Positions 1-11,900 of a DNA stretch of 64,000 nucleotides are shown in pieces; positions within the stretch are counted from its first letter, which is position 1; every line of letters starts with the position of its first letter. The translations under genes were made by a program, and so were the position numbers. Source of the DNA: Catajapyx aquilonaris. Lineage: Eukaryota. The DNA is taken from positions 1 to 64,000 of the forward strand of contig KZ538300.1 in assembly GCA_000934665.2 (NCBI GenBank). The letters run 5' to 3'. A model generated the notes under the pieces. The model saw nothing but the letters and a program-made list of their open reading frames with translations. It did no database searches and was not told where the DNA came from.

Positions 1-222
1 AACGGATCCACGGCGACATCGTATGTTTACATCGTTCTAATAATTTATTAGCGCTCTACTTTATCCGGCCGTCGCCGTGGTTGCGGAACTGGGAGTCACC
101 GCGGCGCTGCCAGATCGTCGCGTTCTTCGTGCGAGTTGTTATTGTTCATGGAGGGGGGTATTTTCGATCCCAAAGTTTGGCCAAACCAAGACTGCCACAC
201 TCGTGCCCTTTCTCACACTTAC

Positions 223-276
223 GGTAATTCGGCGTAAAAACCTCGTGATGGGCTCGAATCTCACAGGTACAGACAT
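223..276 (-). CDS. Possible first coding exon of a gene running off the left edge (MSVPVRFEPITRFLRRIT)
   Basis: ATG at 276, 18 codons, then a consensus donor ACC|GTAAGT in a CpG-rich, promoter-like stretch (1-520). No recognisable homology. Confidence 0.3.
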
Positions 277-682
277 GGAAAGGAGTGATTGCGGGTCACA
301 ATCACAAACTGTACCTGGCCGCGGCGGCCGCAAATATCGCCCCAGGAGAAAAATAAGCGCACCATCTCAAAGTGCAACTCTTTCGCGTCCAGATACTCCA
401 GTTTCATGCCGATATCTCCATATTTGCGGCCGTGACAGCGAGAGGAAGAAGTGTCAAACTCACGGGCCGGCCCGCGACGGGCTACCCGCAACAATGGATC
501 GCGTAGCCTAGAGCGCGCTCTTAAGAATATACTGAAACACAAATTATCGCATTCTTTTACTTATTAACGCACTAATAAGGCTAAAAAATGTAACCTAAAT
601 CAAATATTTTATGGTGATTGTTGAATTTTGTGGCGCCCTTTCTTTACAATAAGTACATGCTGGAGAGAGCGTCAGTATCGAA

Positions 683-756
683 GTAGCGCAGTGGTCTAGT
701 GGTTAAGACTCTCTCTTCGTAACCAGAAGGTTGAAGGATCGAATCCTGAAAGGAAG
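683..756 (+). repeat. tRNA-like (SINE-head/pseudo-tRNA) module 1 in the left arm
   Basis: A-box-like TGGTCTAGTGG (692-702) and B-box-like GGATCGAATCC (736-746) at tRNA spacing; no acceptor stem. The A-box part is deleted in the right-arm copy. Confidence 0.55.
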
Positions 757-911
757 ACGTCGTTTCTTTTTATCGCTATGGACCATGGCTGTAGAAGACT
801 GCTATGGACCTTTCTGGCTGTTACTTCATCTCTCATTTCACATTTATTTCTCTTTGAACTGCATCCGGTAAATAGGCTAGACCCTTCCAACACTCACACT
901 CTCGTTGCACC

Positions 912-982
912 AGAGCGTGGCTCTGTGGTAACGCATCAGACTCTCACTCGGGAGATGTGGGTTCAAATCCCGTCGTCTCCAC
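912..982 (+). repeat. tRNA-like module 2 (Glu/CTC-like loop), mirrored on the minus strand at ~2500-2572
   Basis: A-box TGGCTCTGTGG (918-928), anticodon-like arm TCAGA-CTCTCAC-TCGGG, B-box GGTTCAAATCC (960-970). Imperfect stems point to a tRNA-derived sequence rather than a functional tRNA. Confidence 0.55.
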
Positions 983-3009
983 GGTTGAGAGTCAGCAAAA
1001 AAAAATTTGCAGCCGACATCTGTGGCCAAGATGGCGACTGTTCCTTCGCAGTTTCCCCAACACTTCTTCAGAGGTGTTAGAGGAGCAGCGAAGAGGGGGG
1101 GAGGGGTGGAGAGGGGGAGATAGAGGAGGGAGGGGAGAAAATTTTTTGGAAATTTTTAAGACACCTGCTTAATGGGAGGGGGCGGTCACTTTTTTCGAAG
1201 AAAAAAGTCAAAAATATAAAAAGTCCATTAAATGAATCAAGTGGCTTCTGCTTGTCCATCCCGGCAGCCCCCACCCTACGCACCCCATAGTCCCTACATT
1301 TGTCTTATACCAGGGAGTTCCATTCTCAAACCTATCACCCCTCCAAATATTTAAGTCTACAATTTAATCAGCACACTTTTTAGGGCATTTCCAATGGTTT
1401 GTTGCAGCCTGACCTTTGACCTGAAAGGCCCTAATATTAGGTTTTTGGTCAGGGGCGAGGCCCTACCTCGGTCTCCATCTGTCGGATCTCTCGTAATGAG
1501 ACTGTACATATCACAGTACATAGATATACAGTATATCTCTCGATGTGAACAAGTGTGCCCCTAGCCTGCTAGCCAAATGCAGCGGTCCGCCTGTCCTTGT
1601 GGGAAACGGGGCGGGGGTGGTAAGGGGGGAATATGTAAGGTCAAAGAGACAGGGAGGTGACCAAGCCTACACGAATATTTGCCTATCTAAAACCGCGTCG
1701 ACGATATGCGCATCTCCACGCACAGCAGAAGCGAGTGGGGATTTATTATTTCATTAATCCATAGAGCAAGGCCACGAAACAGTGACGCCGAATGTCCGTC
1801 CTGATGACCCCAAGGATGTGACGATGACCACTCGCCTACGTCACATTCATATGGATACCAGCCAACTGGGACTGCTACATTTGGCTAGCCGGGGGCATAC
1901 TTGTGCACATGGAGAGATATACTGTATATCTATGTACTGTGCTATGTACAGTCTCATTACGAGAGATCCGACAGATGGAGACCGAGGTAGGGCCTCGCCC
2001 CTGACCAAAAACCTAATATTAGGGCCTTTCAGGTCAAAGGTCAGGCTGCAACAAACCATTGGAAATGCCCTAAAAAGTGTGCTGATTAATATGCATGTGC
2101 TGGTGATTTTATTGGATATATAGTTTAAATTGTAGTCTTAAATATTTGGAGGGGTGATAGGTTTGAGAATGGAACTCCCTGGTATAAGTCAAATGTAGGG
2201 ACTATGGGGTGCGTAGGGCGGGGGCTGCCGGGATGGACAACACCAGCGAAGCCACTTGATCATTTCATTGACTTTTTTTTTCTTTCAAAAAAGTGACCAC
2301 CCCCTCCCATTAAGCAGGTGTTTTATTTCCAGAAAAAATTTCTTTTCTCCCCTCCCCCTGTCCTCCCCCTCTCCACCCCTCCCCCCTCTTCGCTGCTCCT
2401 CCGACACCTTCTGAAGAAGTGTTGGGGAAACTGCGAAGGAACAGTCGCCATCTTGGCCAGAGATGTCGGCTGCAAACGTCTTTTTTTCTGCCTCTCAACC
2501 GTGGAGACGACGGGATTTGAACCCACATCTCCCGATTGAGAGTCTGATGCGTTACCACAGAGCCACGCTCTGGTGCAACGAGAGTGTGAGTGTTGGAAGG
2601 GTCTAGCCTATTTACCAGATGCACTTCAAAGAGAAATAAATGTGAAATGAGAGATGAAGTAACAGCGGGAAAGGTCCATAGCGATAAAAAGAAACGACGT
2701 CTTCCTTTCAGGATTCGATCCTTCAACCTTCAGGTTACTGCACTACCTCGATACTCACGCTCTCTCTCACATGTTTTTATTGTAAGGAAAGGGCGCCACA
2801 AAATAATATTAAACTCAATGTGTTTTATTAATTGCAGCAGCTGTAATGAGGCGGGCGGGCGGGGTCAAATATTTTCCAGCCTAAAATCTGCATTAGGCGC
2901 AAGTGAACTCTTCAGGCCTCTGTAGAGGAGAGTCTAGCGCACACGACAGACTATGTCACGTCGTGATGGATTAATGTGGATGTTTTATTGTAGCTCCCCC
3001 CCCCCCCCC

Positions 3010-3089
3010 NNNNNNNNNNNNNNNNNNNNNNNNNNNNNNNNNNNNNNNNNNNNNNNNNNNNNNNNNNNNNNNNNNNNNNNNNNNNNNNN
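3010..3089. other. Assembly gap (N run) flanked by poly-C and poly-G
   Basis: Run of n between homopolymer tracts. Confidence 0.98.
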
Positions 3090-3539
3090 TTTATTAGGGG
3101 GGGGGGGGGGGGGGGGGGGGGAAGGGAGACACTCGTTGCGAAGTTGCGAAGTGCGAAGACACTCTGTTTAGGAGGGAAGGCTAACGTTGAGGATACCACT
3201 GCCAGTTGCCTTATTAGGAGTCATTCCATTCTGATCTTTCACCCAAGTCATCATTGAAGAACTCTTCAGGCATGTCCTCCAGCATTTCCTTCGTCCTTCA
3301 ATGAGTAGGCCTACACTAAAATGTGCAGTAACTTGAGCTGCAGCGAGTGGCAGCGAGCGTGGTCTACAGGATTTTTGTCCTGATGAGACTAGTCGTTTGG
3401 CAGTCTCCAGAATAAGTTTTTTTTTTTCTCTCTCTCTTCTGTAATGGTCATGTGACTGGGTAGCGAGGACGACCTCGTTATCCGCTGGCAACCCCATTCC
3501 TTTGGGAAAATGCCGTGATGTATGACGATGACATAGATG

Positions 3540-4335
3540 ACTGTTTTATCACTTAAATAACTATCATCAGAAGTAAAACTACTATCAGAAATAACATACT
3601 GCATGTTATCAGGATATAACTATTATACTCTATTATAAGTACAATCAAGGAACTTATCAAAAAACCATATTAATCAAAAATTACTATGTAAATAAGTGAT
3701 CAAAATACCTGTTATCAAAAAATCATATCAAAAATTACTATAAAATAACTATTATCAGAAAAATCTTATGGTATAGATACATAATATCAAATAGCTATTA
3801 AAATAACTTATCGAAACTTATCAAATACCTATCTGAAAATAACTTGTTACATAAATATTATCAAAATAGCCACTATAAAAGAACTTATTAAAATTATTAT
3901 ATAAATAACCTATTATAAAACACATATTATCAGAGAATAACCTATTACATAAAATAAACTAACCGTATACTTATTCTTCCCAACGTCCCAAGGGAATTAA
4001 AGAATCCTGTTGGCCGTATGTTGCTATGGTAAACCGTTGCCATGGCAAGCTGTTGCTATGAGCAGCAGTAGGGGGGGAGGGGTGGTAGGGGGAAAGGGGA
4101 ATGGGGCATACCAACAAACTTTCCCTTTTTATATAAGATAGCTATTATCAGAAAATAACTTAATGATATAAAGACATATTATCACAAAGCTATTGAATAA
4201 CTATTACCAAAAGTAACCGTGATTTCATAAATATGATCAAAATAGCTGTTATAAAATATGTTCTTAAAATCATCAAAAAATACCATTATCAAAATATCTT
4301 ACCAAAAAATCACAATTACATAGATAACTTATCTG
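3540..4335. repeat. AT-rich degenerate minisatellite (TTATCAAAA / AACTATTA-type units)
   Basis: Many imperfect ttatca(a/g)aa and actatta units, interrupted at ~3975-4140 by a GC-richer segment with repeated GTTGC(C/T)ATG. Confidence 0.7.
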
Positions 4336-6027
4336 GTGACCCATACGCACACGAGTTGAAAGGTTGCACAATTTGAAGTCGCCTAGTTCAAAGTCTTAAA
4401 AATGTTTATTATCAATTTCTAGAAAACATCTACTGGAAAATATGATTGGTCCTCTAATCCTACACAAACCTACAATGCACCTCATTATTACAACAATACT
4501 ACAAGACACTATGCTGCGTACTGTACTCTGTATACATTGTGCATGTGCAACAAAATCAACTGCAAATGTCTTAATTCCTTAACTCCGCACCTCAAAGCTT
4601 TCAGGATGACACTCTTTACAACAATTTTTAAATAGTTTGCAGCGAAAGTTTCCTGTTGCGTGAGTCTCGATCACCTTACATTCAACCAACACTGACAGTA
4701 TCCAGTAGTAGACTTGACAAATGTTGTTTCAAGACGTTCAAAATTTTTTGCAAACTTGCACAAGTCTTACTTTGCTGCTTCAGAACACAGTTACAGTAAG
4801 TGTAGATAATACTGTGATTTCCAGTAGACCATTATACTTATCAATACTATTACATGTCACAGACTGACACTGGTAAAGAAACGAAAAAACTGTTACTCAC
4901 AAAATATTCTTTAAAAACTGTAGATGAGCATTGCAATGGCACTAGGTAAACAAGAATGTAACACCATCAGTTAAGATCAAAAAAAAAAAAAAATCCAATT
5001 TTTTTACACAACACATGATTCAAAAATTGCCATCGTATTGCAAGAATTAAATATATAAAATTTCAATACTTCCCCTTTAAAACGCAATAGAAACAAAAGC
5101 AACTTTTAAGTGCACTAAAAAATTGGTGCTTCTCTGTGGGAAGATCAATGATTCCAGTAGCTACAATTTTTTACAGTCATGCTTCACTTGGGACTCCCCA
5201 ATTTCAAAATACAGTGAAAGTTTCTTCTTTTGGCAGATGGCAAGTAAATTAAATATTTAGTATTCAGCACATCCATATTTATGGTCCCCCACTTTTTTGC
5301 AAAAAAAATTTGGGCACTTGCTACCATGCATGAACATTACTATGTTACTTTTACGATCACAGTCTTGACTCACGTATTATGTACTTTTTGAGGAAATCAC
5401 AGACTGCAATATTACGATGCCAAAGTACCCGCCACTCGTTCTACCCATCACATGTTTTTTTGTTGAAAACAATAGCCATTGAAGCTTTCCTACGGAGCCA
5501 TTACCTCTTGTTGCATCTGCATCAATTCACTGTATTTGCATAATGTTTTTTTGCGTCTCTTGTTTCTCATGCTTAACATTTTAAAATCACTGGGCAAGAA
5601 ATAAATTACCTCTTGTGCATATGCCGATATCACTGCATACTCCAATCCGGTTTCCTACACTTTGCATCAGTTTATACAAAACAAGTTAAACTCCACTTGT
5701 GTTTAAAGTACCAATATCTTGTTTTTACAAGGTCACATCACAAAGGCTGGACATGTTCCATATAGTCTTTTAAAAAATGGGAAAAGGAGAAAAAACAAAA
5801 ACAAATGTCAGATCGAGCCTGACAAGAGTCTATTACAACTTACTGGGAAACCTCTTCCAATATGGAAGAGAGGCCTTACTTCGAGTGCTTCTGAGCAGCA
5901 GGAGCATATTTGCACAATAGTAGCATAGAGGGGCAAAAACAATGATTCAGACCAAGATCTTTTCCACTAAAAATATGTACAAACTATGCAGGGATTTGTA
6001 CAGGGCAGTAGAGAAAAATCACTGGGA

Positions 6028-8998
6028 TCAGTCGCTCGAGTTTGCACTTTCATCAGCCTTTTCTCTCTTGACTGACGTGTTCATTTCTTGATTGCCTGCA
6101 ATTGGGAGGAACACGTGAGTTTATTGTGAAGAACATCTGAAACGAACAACGTACCAACTGCAGTTTTCATTGAAGTGTTACTAATGTATTATTATAAGCT
6201 CGAAAAACGTTTACGTCAACAGCTTGCAACAAATTTAACATCTTCAAAGAAGTAAAAATTGGCAATGCAAATACACCCTTTCTGCACATGGCTTGAAGTC
6301 AAGTCCGATTGGCCTCCACATGTTTCCATGCATGATATCGGCTGTGTAAGGACTCAATTCCCAAGTGAATTCAAACGTGTTCGTTGGTCTAACATGAAAT
6401 TTTGCCTGTCTGAATATGACAATGGGTGTAAAAATAAAACCATTTCAAGTTCAAGTAATTTAACCCCTCTTTTAGCAAAACCATCAAAGGAAGCAGGCCA
6501 AGGCTCCTTGGACAGCTCTAATCCAATCAAAAGGTTCAATAATTCAAATAAAATCTGCACAGGTTATAACTGTAGTAATGTCAAAAAGCCAATCATGAAT
6601 GAGAAAAAATAATAAATAAGGCAAATATTAATAAAGGCCTGTCCAAATGCACCACACATGGTCTTACTTTAAGGGTTGGTTTTATCAACATTAGTCACAG
6701 TTAACTATATGAAAACAACAGCTAACTCCGCAGTTAATGTAAACGTTTGTTCATACAACTGGCCCTTAGTGTTGCAATTGTCACAAGGACAGATTCTATC
6801 ATCATGTTACAGTTATTTCATGACCACCAGACAATTACAAGCATAACTGCAATTCCTTACCCAGCTGGCCATTATACTCGTTGGTCTCCATACGCAGGAT
6901 GTAGGGTATGACACTGTCTATCTGCACATTGCCAATGAGTCCCGCAAAGAAGAGCTCCTCCATGATGGCTGGATGGAGGGACCGGAGTGGGGGCAGGCGC
7001 AGGAGAAGCTTGGGGAACCTCTCCGCATCCTCTGGAAAGTGCTCCTGGATGTAGGTCCGCAGCTCCTGGTAGGCCTTCTCCTGGAACTTCTCCACTTGCC
7101 GTGGCTTGGTCAGTCCCGGATGGTCCGGGCTGAACAGCGTTATGGCCTTCAGGTACGCGTACTCATGCTCATCTACTTGCAAGCGGGTCATGGCATTCAC
7201 GAACTCCTGAAGCTTGCACATGTGGTCTGTCACCTGCAGAATCAAGGCGTGAGTTTTGTGTACAATATTCATCACCAGCATCACCATGGCATAAGTCACT
7301 TAGTGATCACTTGCCATGACTTGAGAACAAGAGCATGCTCTCATTAAAAACACAGCTCACATAAATTTGAAATTTCTGGCAGAATCTCTTACCAACTACT
7401 TAGCGACATGGTGTGCAATAAAAATAAGCCTGTGTAGTCTAATATTAGGATGCGACTCACCTGCTTCACTCTCTGCGCAGAGAGCCTGTCTTGAGCCACA
7501 GAGGCTTGGAGGTGAGTTATAATGGCGGTGAGAATGGTGGAGAGAGACATAACCTGAGAGCACTGCGCCATTCCCAGGGTGAACAGCTCTGCCCAGCAGC
7601 CCCTCACCAAGCCAACCTGTGTGTCTTGGCTGAAGCAACAAATGTTGGGCATTTAGTTGGCTGAAATGGGAAGCAAGAGAGAGGCCACTCACTTGAGAAG
7701 CTGGAAGGCAGGAATTGACCTGGCCCAGTGGACGCTGAGGAAGAGGAGTCTGGAGGCACTCTCGCATATGTAGTGCATGTTCAGATAAGAAGGCATGGGG
7801 CTGGGGGTCTGCAGGTTGAACGGGATGTGGTGGTCCAGCAGCAAGGAGCCTTCCAGCTCAAAGATGCTCTCATTCTCATAGTCCAATCCCAACCCAAACC
7901 CCTCCCCGTTCAGGTTCTGCCGGAGAAAATGCAAATTAATACCCACGTTTTAATTGCAACAAGTAACGAAGCATTTCAACTGACCCCTTCTCCTACCACC
8001 CTAGCCATGGTGTCGAAGGCTTTGGAGATGAGGCTCTTCTCCCTCGCTAAGGTCAAGGCATCCATCATGGCATCCCCGTTGGCAGATCCACTGTCCACCG
8101 ACCCTTCTTCATCTGCACACAAAAAAAGCAGGGCATGTTAATTCCATAACGCTGCCTGACAGCAGGAATGTAATTAAAGGGACGTACCCAGGTCTTTCCG
8201 TATGAAGATTCTATTGGTGGAGTTTGGTTCAGGTGAGGATTCGGCACGCATCGTAATAGGCCTCCGCTCATGTTGCACCGCTGAAACAGTGCAAGGAGAC
8301 AAAAACTCTAGGAGGAGAACAGAGCAGCCCAATTTCCATTCTGAGCTGTGTACAGTTGGTTCCAAAAAGCATGCATAGGGTCTGTGTTGCAAAAATTTGT
8401 TCTAGTAAAATGAAAGCCATCTTTTTACCAATGTGAGAGTAGACATATACCCTCGACTACGACTACTGAGTAACAAGTGGCACACCACCATTTTCTAATC
8501 TACAGGTACAAGTACATTAGAGAGAAAGAAACACAAATCACCCAATAAATTGTGATCCTTACAGTCACTTCTCATGCCCATCGACAAACATTTCTGGAGT
8601 CGGCAGTACTGACACCGATTTCGATGATGTTTAGTCACTTCACAGTTTTTATTACCGCGGCACTGGTAGCCTAATTGTTTCCTTATAGAGCGCTTGAAAA
8701 ATCCTTTGCATCCTTCACAACTAATTGCACCATAATGACGACCTGAAAGGGAAAAAGAAGCACAGCACCGTTTAGCACATCCCATTTTGAATTAATGAAA
8801 TGCGGCACTGGCAAGCAAGCACACACCTGATGCTCGGTCGCCGCACACCACACACATTTCCACAGACATTCCGAGGGATGGTCTTGACTTATCCGACACC
8901 AAATTCATGGCATCCAAAGGACTCATTTCCACCGACATTCCGAGGGATGATCTCGACTTATCTGATACCAAATTCCTGGCATCCAAAGGGCTGTCCAT
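6028..8998 (-). CDS. Hr78: Orphan nuclear receptor, Hr78 / TR2-TR4 (NR2C/NR2D) type
   Basis: Exons (minus): 8998-8827, 8742-8563, 8280-8188, 8112-~7997, 7916-7693, 7629-7461, 7233-6861, 6095-6028; all GT-AG with consistent phases. C4 zinc fingers [33 protein letters not shown]2/TR4-type LBD motifs [24 protein letters not shown] and [25 protein letters not shown]. The start Met and the last exon are less certain. Confidence 0.92.
8855..8992 (-). repeat. 69-bp in-frame tandem duplication in the receptor N-terminal region
   Basis: Units at 8855 and 8924 encode [23 protein letters not shown] and [23 protein letters not shown]. Confidence 0.9.
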
Positions 8999-11900
8999 TG
9001 GAAGAAAATCCTTTGGTAGCTGGTTTAGCTGAAGGTTCCACAAACCTGGCAGAGAGCTGCAACAAAGGTACGGGCACATTTAATGACAATCAACATTTTG
9101 GGCCGAGCTAAGGTCATAAAGGGAGCATTGTGGATTCGCAGAATATCAGTTCAGCCGTCACCTACTTTTACCCTAAATCCATACTTATCTACATGATTCT
9201 TCCCCAGTCAACTGTCAAAGGATATGGGATGAGGTCATATAATTTTTATCATTAAGGGACCGTTGCATAACCGTCTGGCCCACACACACCAACATACCCG
9301 TAGGAGGCAAATGCTGCATCCCAACTATTATAGAAGCATCAATTGCGCCCACCCAGTGACCTTTCTAGGGTGGGCCCGGGTGGGCCATCAAAAAATGCCT
9401 CGCTCAACATTCCCTATACAATCGCGCAGGTGATGCGGAAAAAAAAAACTGGAAAATTTATTTTCATTTAACCTCGTGCCTATTCACTTATCAGCCAAAT
9501 ACACTTTGCCCCAGGCCAAAAGGGCAGGGTGCTACGTCGATAATAACACTGCAAATAGTTCTTTCGTCGCTTCATTTGTTATCGATTCTAATAATCGTGG
9601 TGGATCACACTTTATTGGACCCAACTCTGTGCTTCAAATCGCAATGAGTTTGCACTTTTTTTCTCATGTCATGTCTGGTCAGGAAGGAGCCCCTGACGTG
9701 ACTTCAAAGTGGGACAATAAGAGGGTGTTGGGGAGGCGATGACGATGTTGGTCACACACCGTGGCCGCGAAGAGGACCTCTGCTAAGAATGGGACTAGGA
9801 AGTGGCGAAGGATGCAACCCTCAAAACCATCCAACGGTACCCAGCACAGGCCCTCAGCAGGTCGTTCCCGGGCTTGTCCTGACCTCAACAGCATCCCAGA
9901 GACGGTCAAGAGAGAGCTATTTTGAGCCTGGGCCACGGGGGTGGAGTCAGTCACCTGAGCAAAAGGGACGGACCAACCAGGGGCCACCGAAGAACTTCCT
10001 CATCATCAAAAGCCAGATGGAAATAACACACATGGTGCTGGCCACAAAAACCAAACCATGCGCATGGCCCTATTTGACCCTATTTTCATACTACCGCTAT
10101 CATTTTTTCCACACCACCTGCCCCGGGAACACCTGTCATCAACGCACTATTTTTTTTATACACATGCAACATCGACAGGCGGTGCACCCTAAAAATATGT
10201 ACAAAGTATGCAGGGGTGGAGCCCTCGTGCAAACCTCCCCTGGATATGGCCCTGGAATGGGACACCTGTAGTTTCCCCCAGTGAGACTTGGATTGATCAC
10301 CACACTTCGCCTGCTGGATATATAGTGTAGGCTGGGCCTCGAGGATAAAATACCGTTAATGACAGAAATCAGTCGGATCCCGACATTTGTCCAACCGAAT
10401 GCAACAAATGGAGGAGCAGTTTTGCAGGAAGCATTTGGTTGGCATTGAATATACAAAAAGCGGGGCTCCTCCCTTTCACTAACGCCAACTTCTTTTCCTT
10501 GGAAGCTGCCAGGAAAAGAAAATGAACCGCAACAAGGACAAAATTCGCGTTATTATTTCGCAACATCCAGATGACAACGGTTGGCACGCAGTCTCCGGAT
10601 GATTAGGTGTTGGCCTGTGTGTGGTGTTGTTGATAACGCCTCCGTGTAGTAAACAATTCAATGACACACGTGCCTAATTGCATGCACATTCATTAAAAAA
10701 AAAAAGAAGCCCACACGTGCCCCCGACCTCCTGAGGTCAATTTCAGCTCTGAAGCCAACAATGGGCAGCATCCGGATACAACGAGAGCTAGAAAATTCGC
10801 CTCCCGAGTTCCGCCTGGCAGGTTCCCACCTCCTTTTGTGCCGGACAAGTTTTGCTTGGAGGAGGACGGAGGAGGGCGGGGGAAAAAGAAAAAGTGCAAG
10901 AAAAACCGTCCTCGTCCTGCAATTCTAGGTCTCTGGAGGGGCGGTCGCGACCTGAGGGACACACGGCCAGTTTTCACCCTCTCGCTCTGGAAATTCCTGC
11001 AGAGCACACCACTGACACAACTGGGTCAACCATGACCCGAGGGAGGACCAGTGTCCACACAACTCGCCTCAAACGACACTTGCCACTTAATATGACACCA
11101 AAATTATGAAAAGCCAATTACATGGGGGGCATTGACAAGTCGGTAATTACCACCCACGCTTTTCTGCACATGCAGAATCGGCCACTTGATGAATCCGACC
11201 TTTTGGATTATTAAAACTAGGGGTCGTGCACATGTGGCAGGTGACTCCCTGTCATGAAGGCTACAAATGCGATAAGCTGACCGCAATACTCCTGGGCAAA
11301 CAGTAGGTCGCACCACCTAGTTACACCTGTCAGGTTACAGCCTCGTAAATTATGTGTATGGTTCGAGGGGAGAACGAAATTCCTGGAATTTTTCGATTGT
11401 ATACACTTCGGGGGCCCAATATTTGGTTTTTATCCGGGAGGTCGATACCACCGCTTTTTTCCCTGCTGTATACAGTGTATGTGCTGGGTTTATTGCTCAA
11501 TTACGGTCGAACTGGTCCATCCAGAACTAGGGTGGACCCGGCCGGTCCGGATCCTCCAAATGCATTGTAATTGCAAGCACTGCTTTCTTTCCGAGGGACA
11601 ATTGGTTGAAAATGCCAACTGCTTCTGACACTTTTTTTTTTTTCCAATTGAGGACTCATCGGTGTCACAATTGATCGGCCGTTTCTCTCTCTTCAGGTGG
11701 GGTGCACACTTACCTTTCACAACGGCCCAATTCGCCCCTCCCTGCCGGCTCCATTGCTTCATAAAGAGGCCTACGACACACACTAACTTGTTGACCAAAA
11801 CGATCGGTGCCGTCTGACGACAGATTGCATGCCAAGACACCACATTGTGCGCACTTTGCACGCTAAAATTCGCGGCAATGTCTGATGGATAGTAACTTGT

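Larger units (their letters stand above)
625..2804. mobile_element. Large foldback / long-inverted-repeat element (arms ~625-1590 and ~1865-2804, ~270-bp spacer), non-coding
   Basis: ATTTTGTGGCGCCC at 625 is the reverse complement of GGGCGCCACAAAAT ending at 2804. The arms align throughout with small indels; the inner part (~1290-1545 vs ~1915-2215) is near-identical. No clear TSD seen, so mobility is inferred. Confidence 0.8.

Noticed and set aside
683..982. Functional tRNA genes in the foldback arms
   Set aside because: A/B boxes are present but the acceptor and anticodon stems do not pair, and one right-arm copy is partly deleted; treated as tRNA-derived repeats.
696..2726. Paired similar ORFs on opposite strands (e.g. 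778-1080 and 2310-2726)
   Set aside because: By-products of the inverted repeat, with frame differences between arms and no protein motifs.
3205..3300. Acidic minus-strand frame (EMLEDMPEEFFNDDLGERSEW) near the gap
   Set aside because: Too short, no recognisable family, no supported splice context.
6245..6341. Alternative terminal exon for Hr78 (acceptor near 6342)
   Set aside because: Phase-compatible but with a weaker pyrimidine tract than the 6095 acceptor; cannot be supported without reads.
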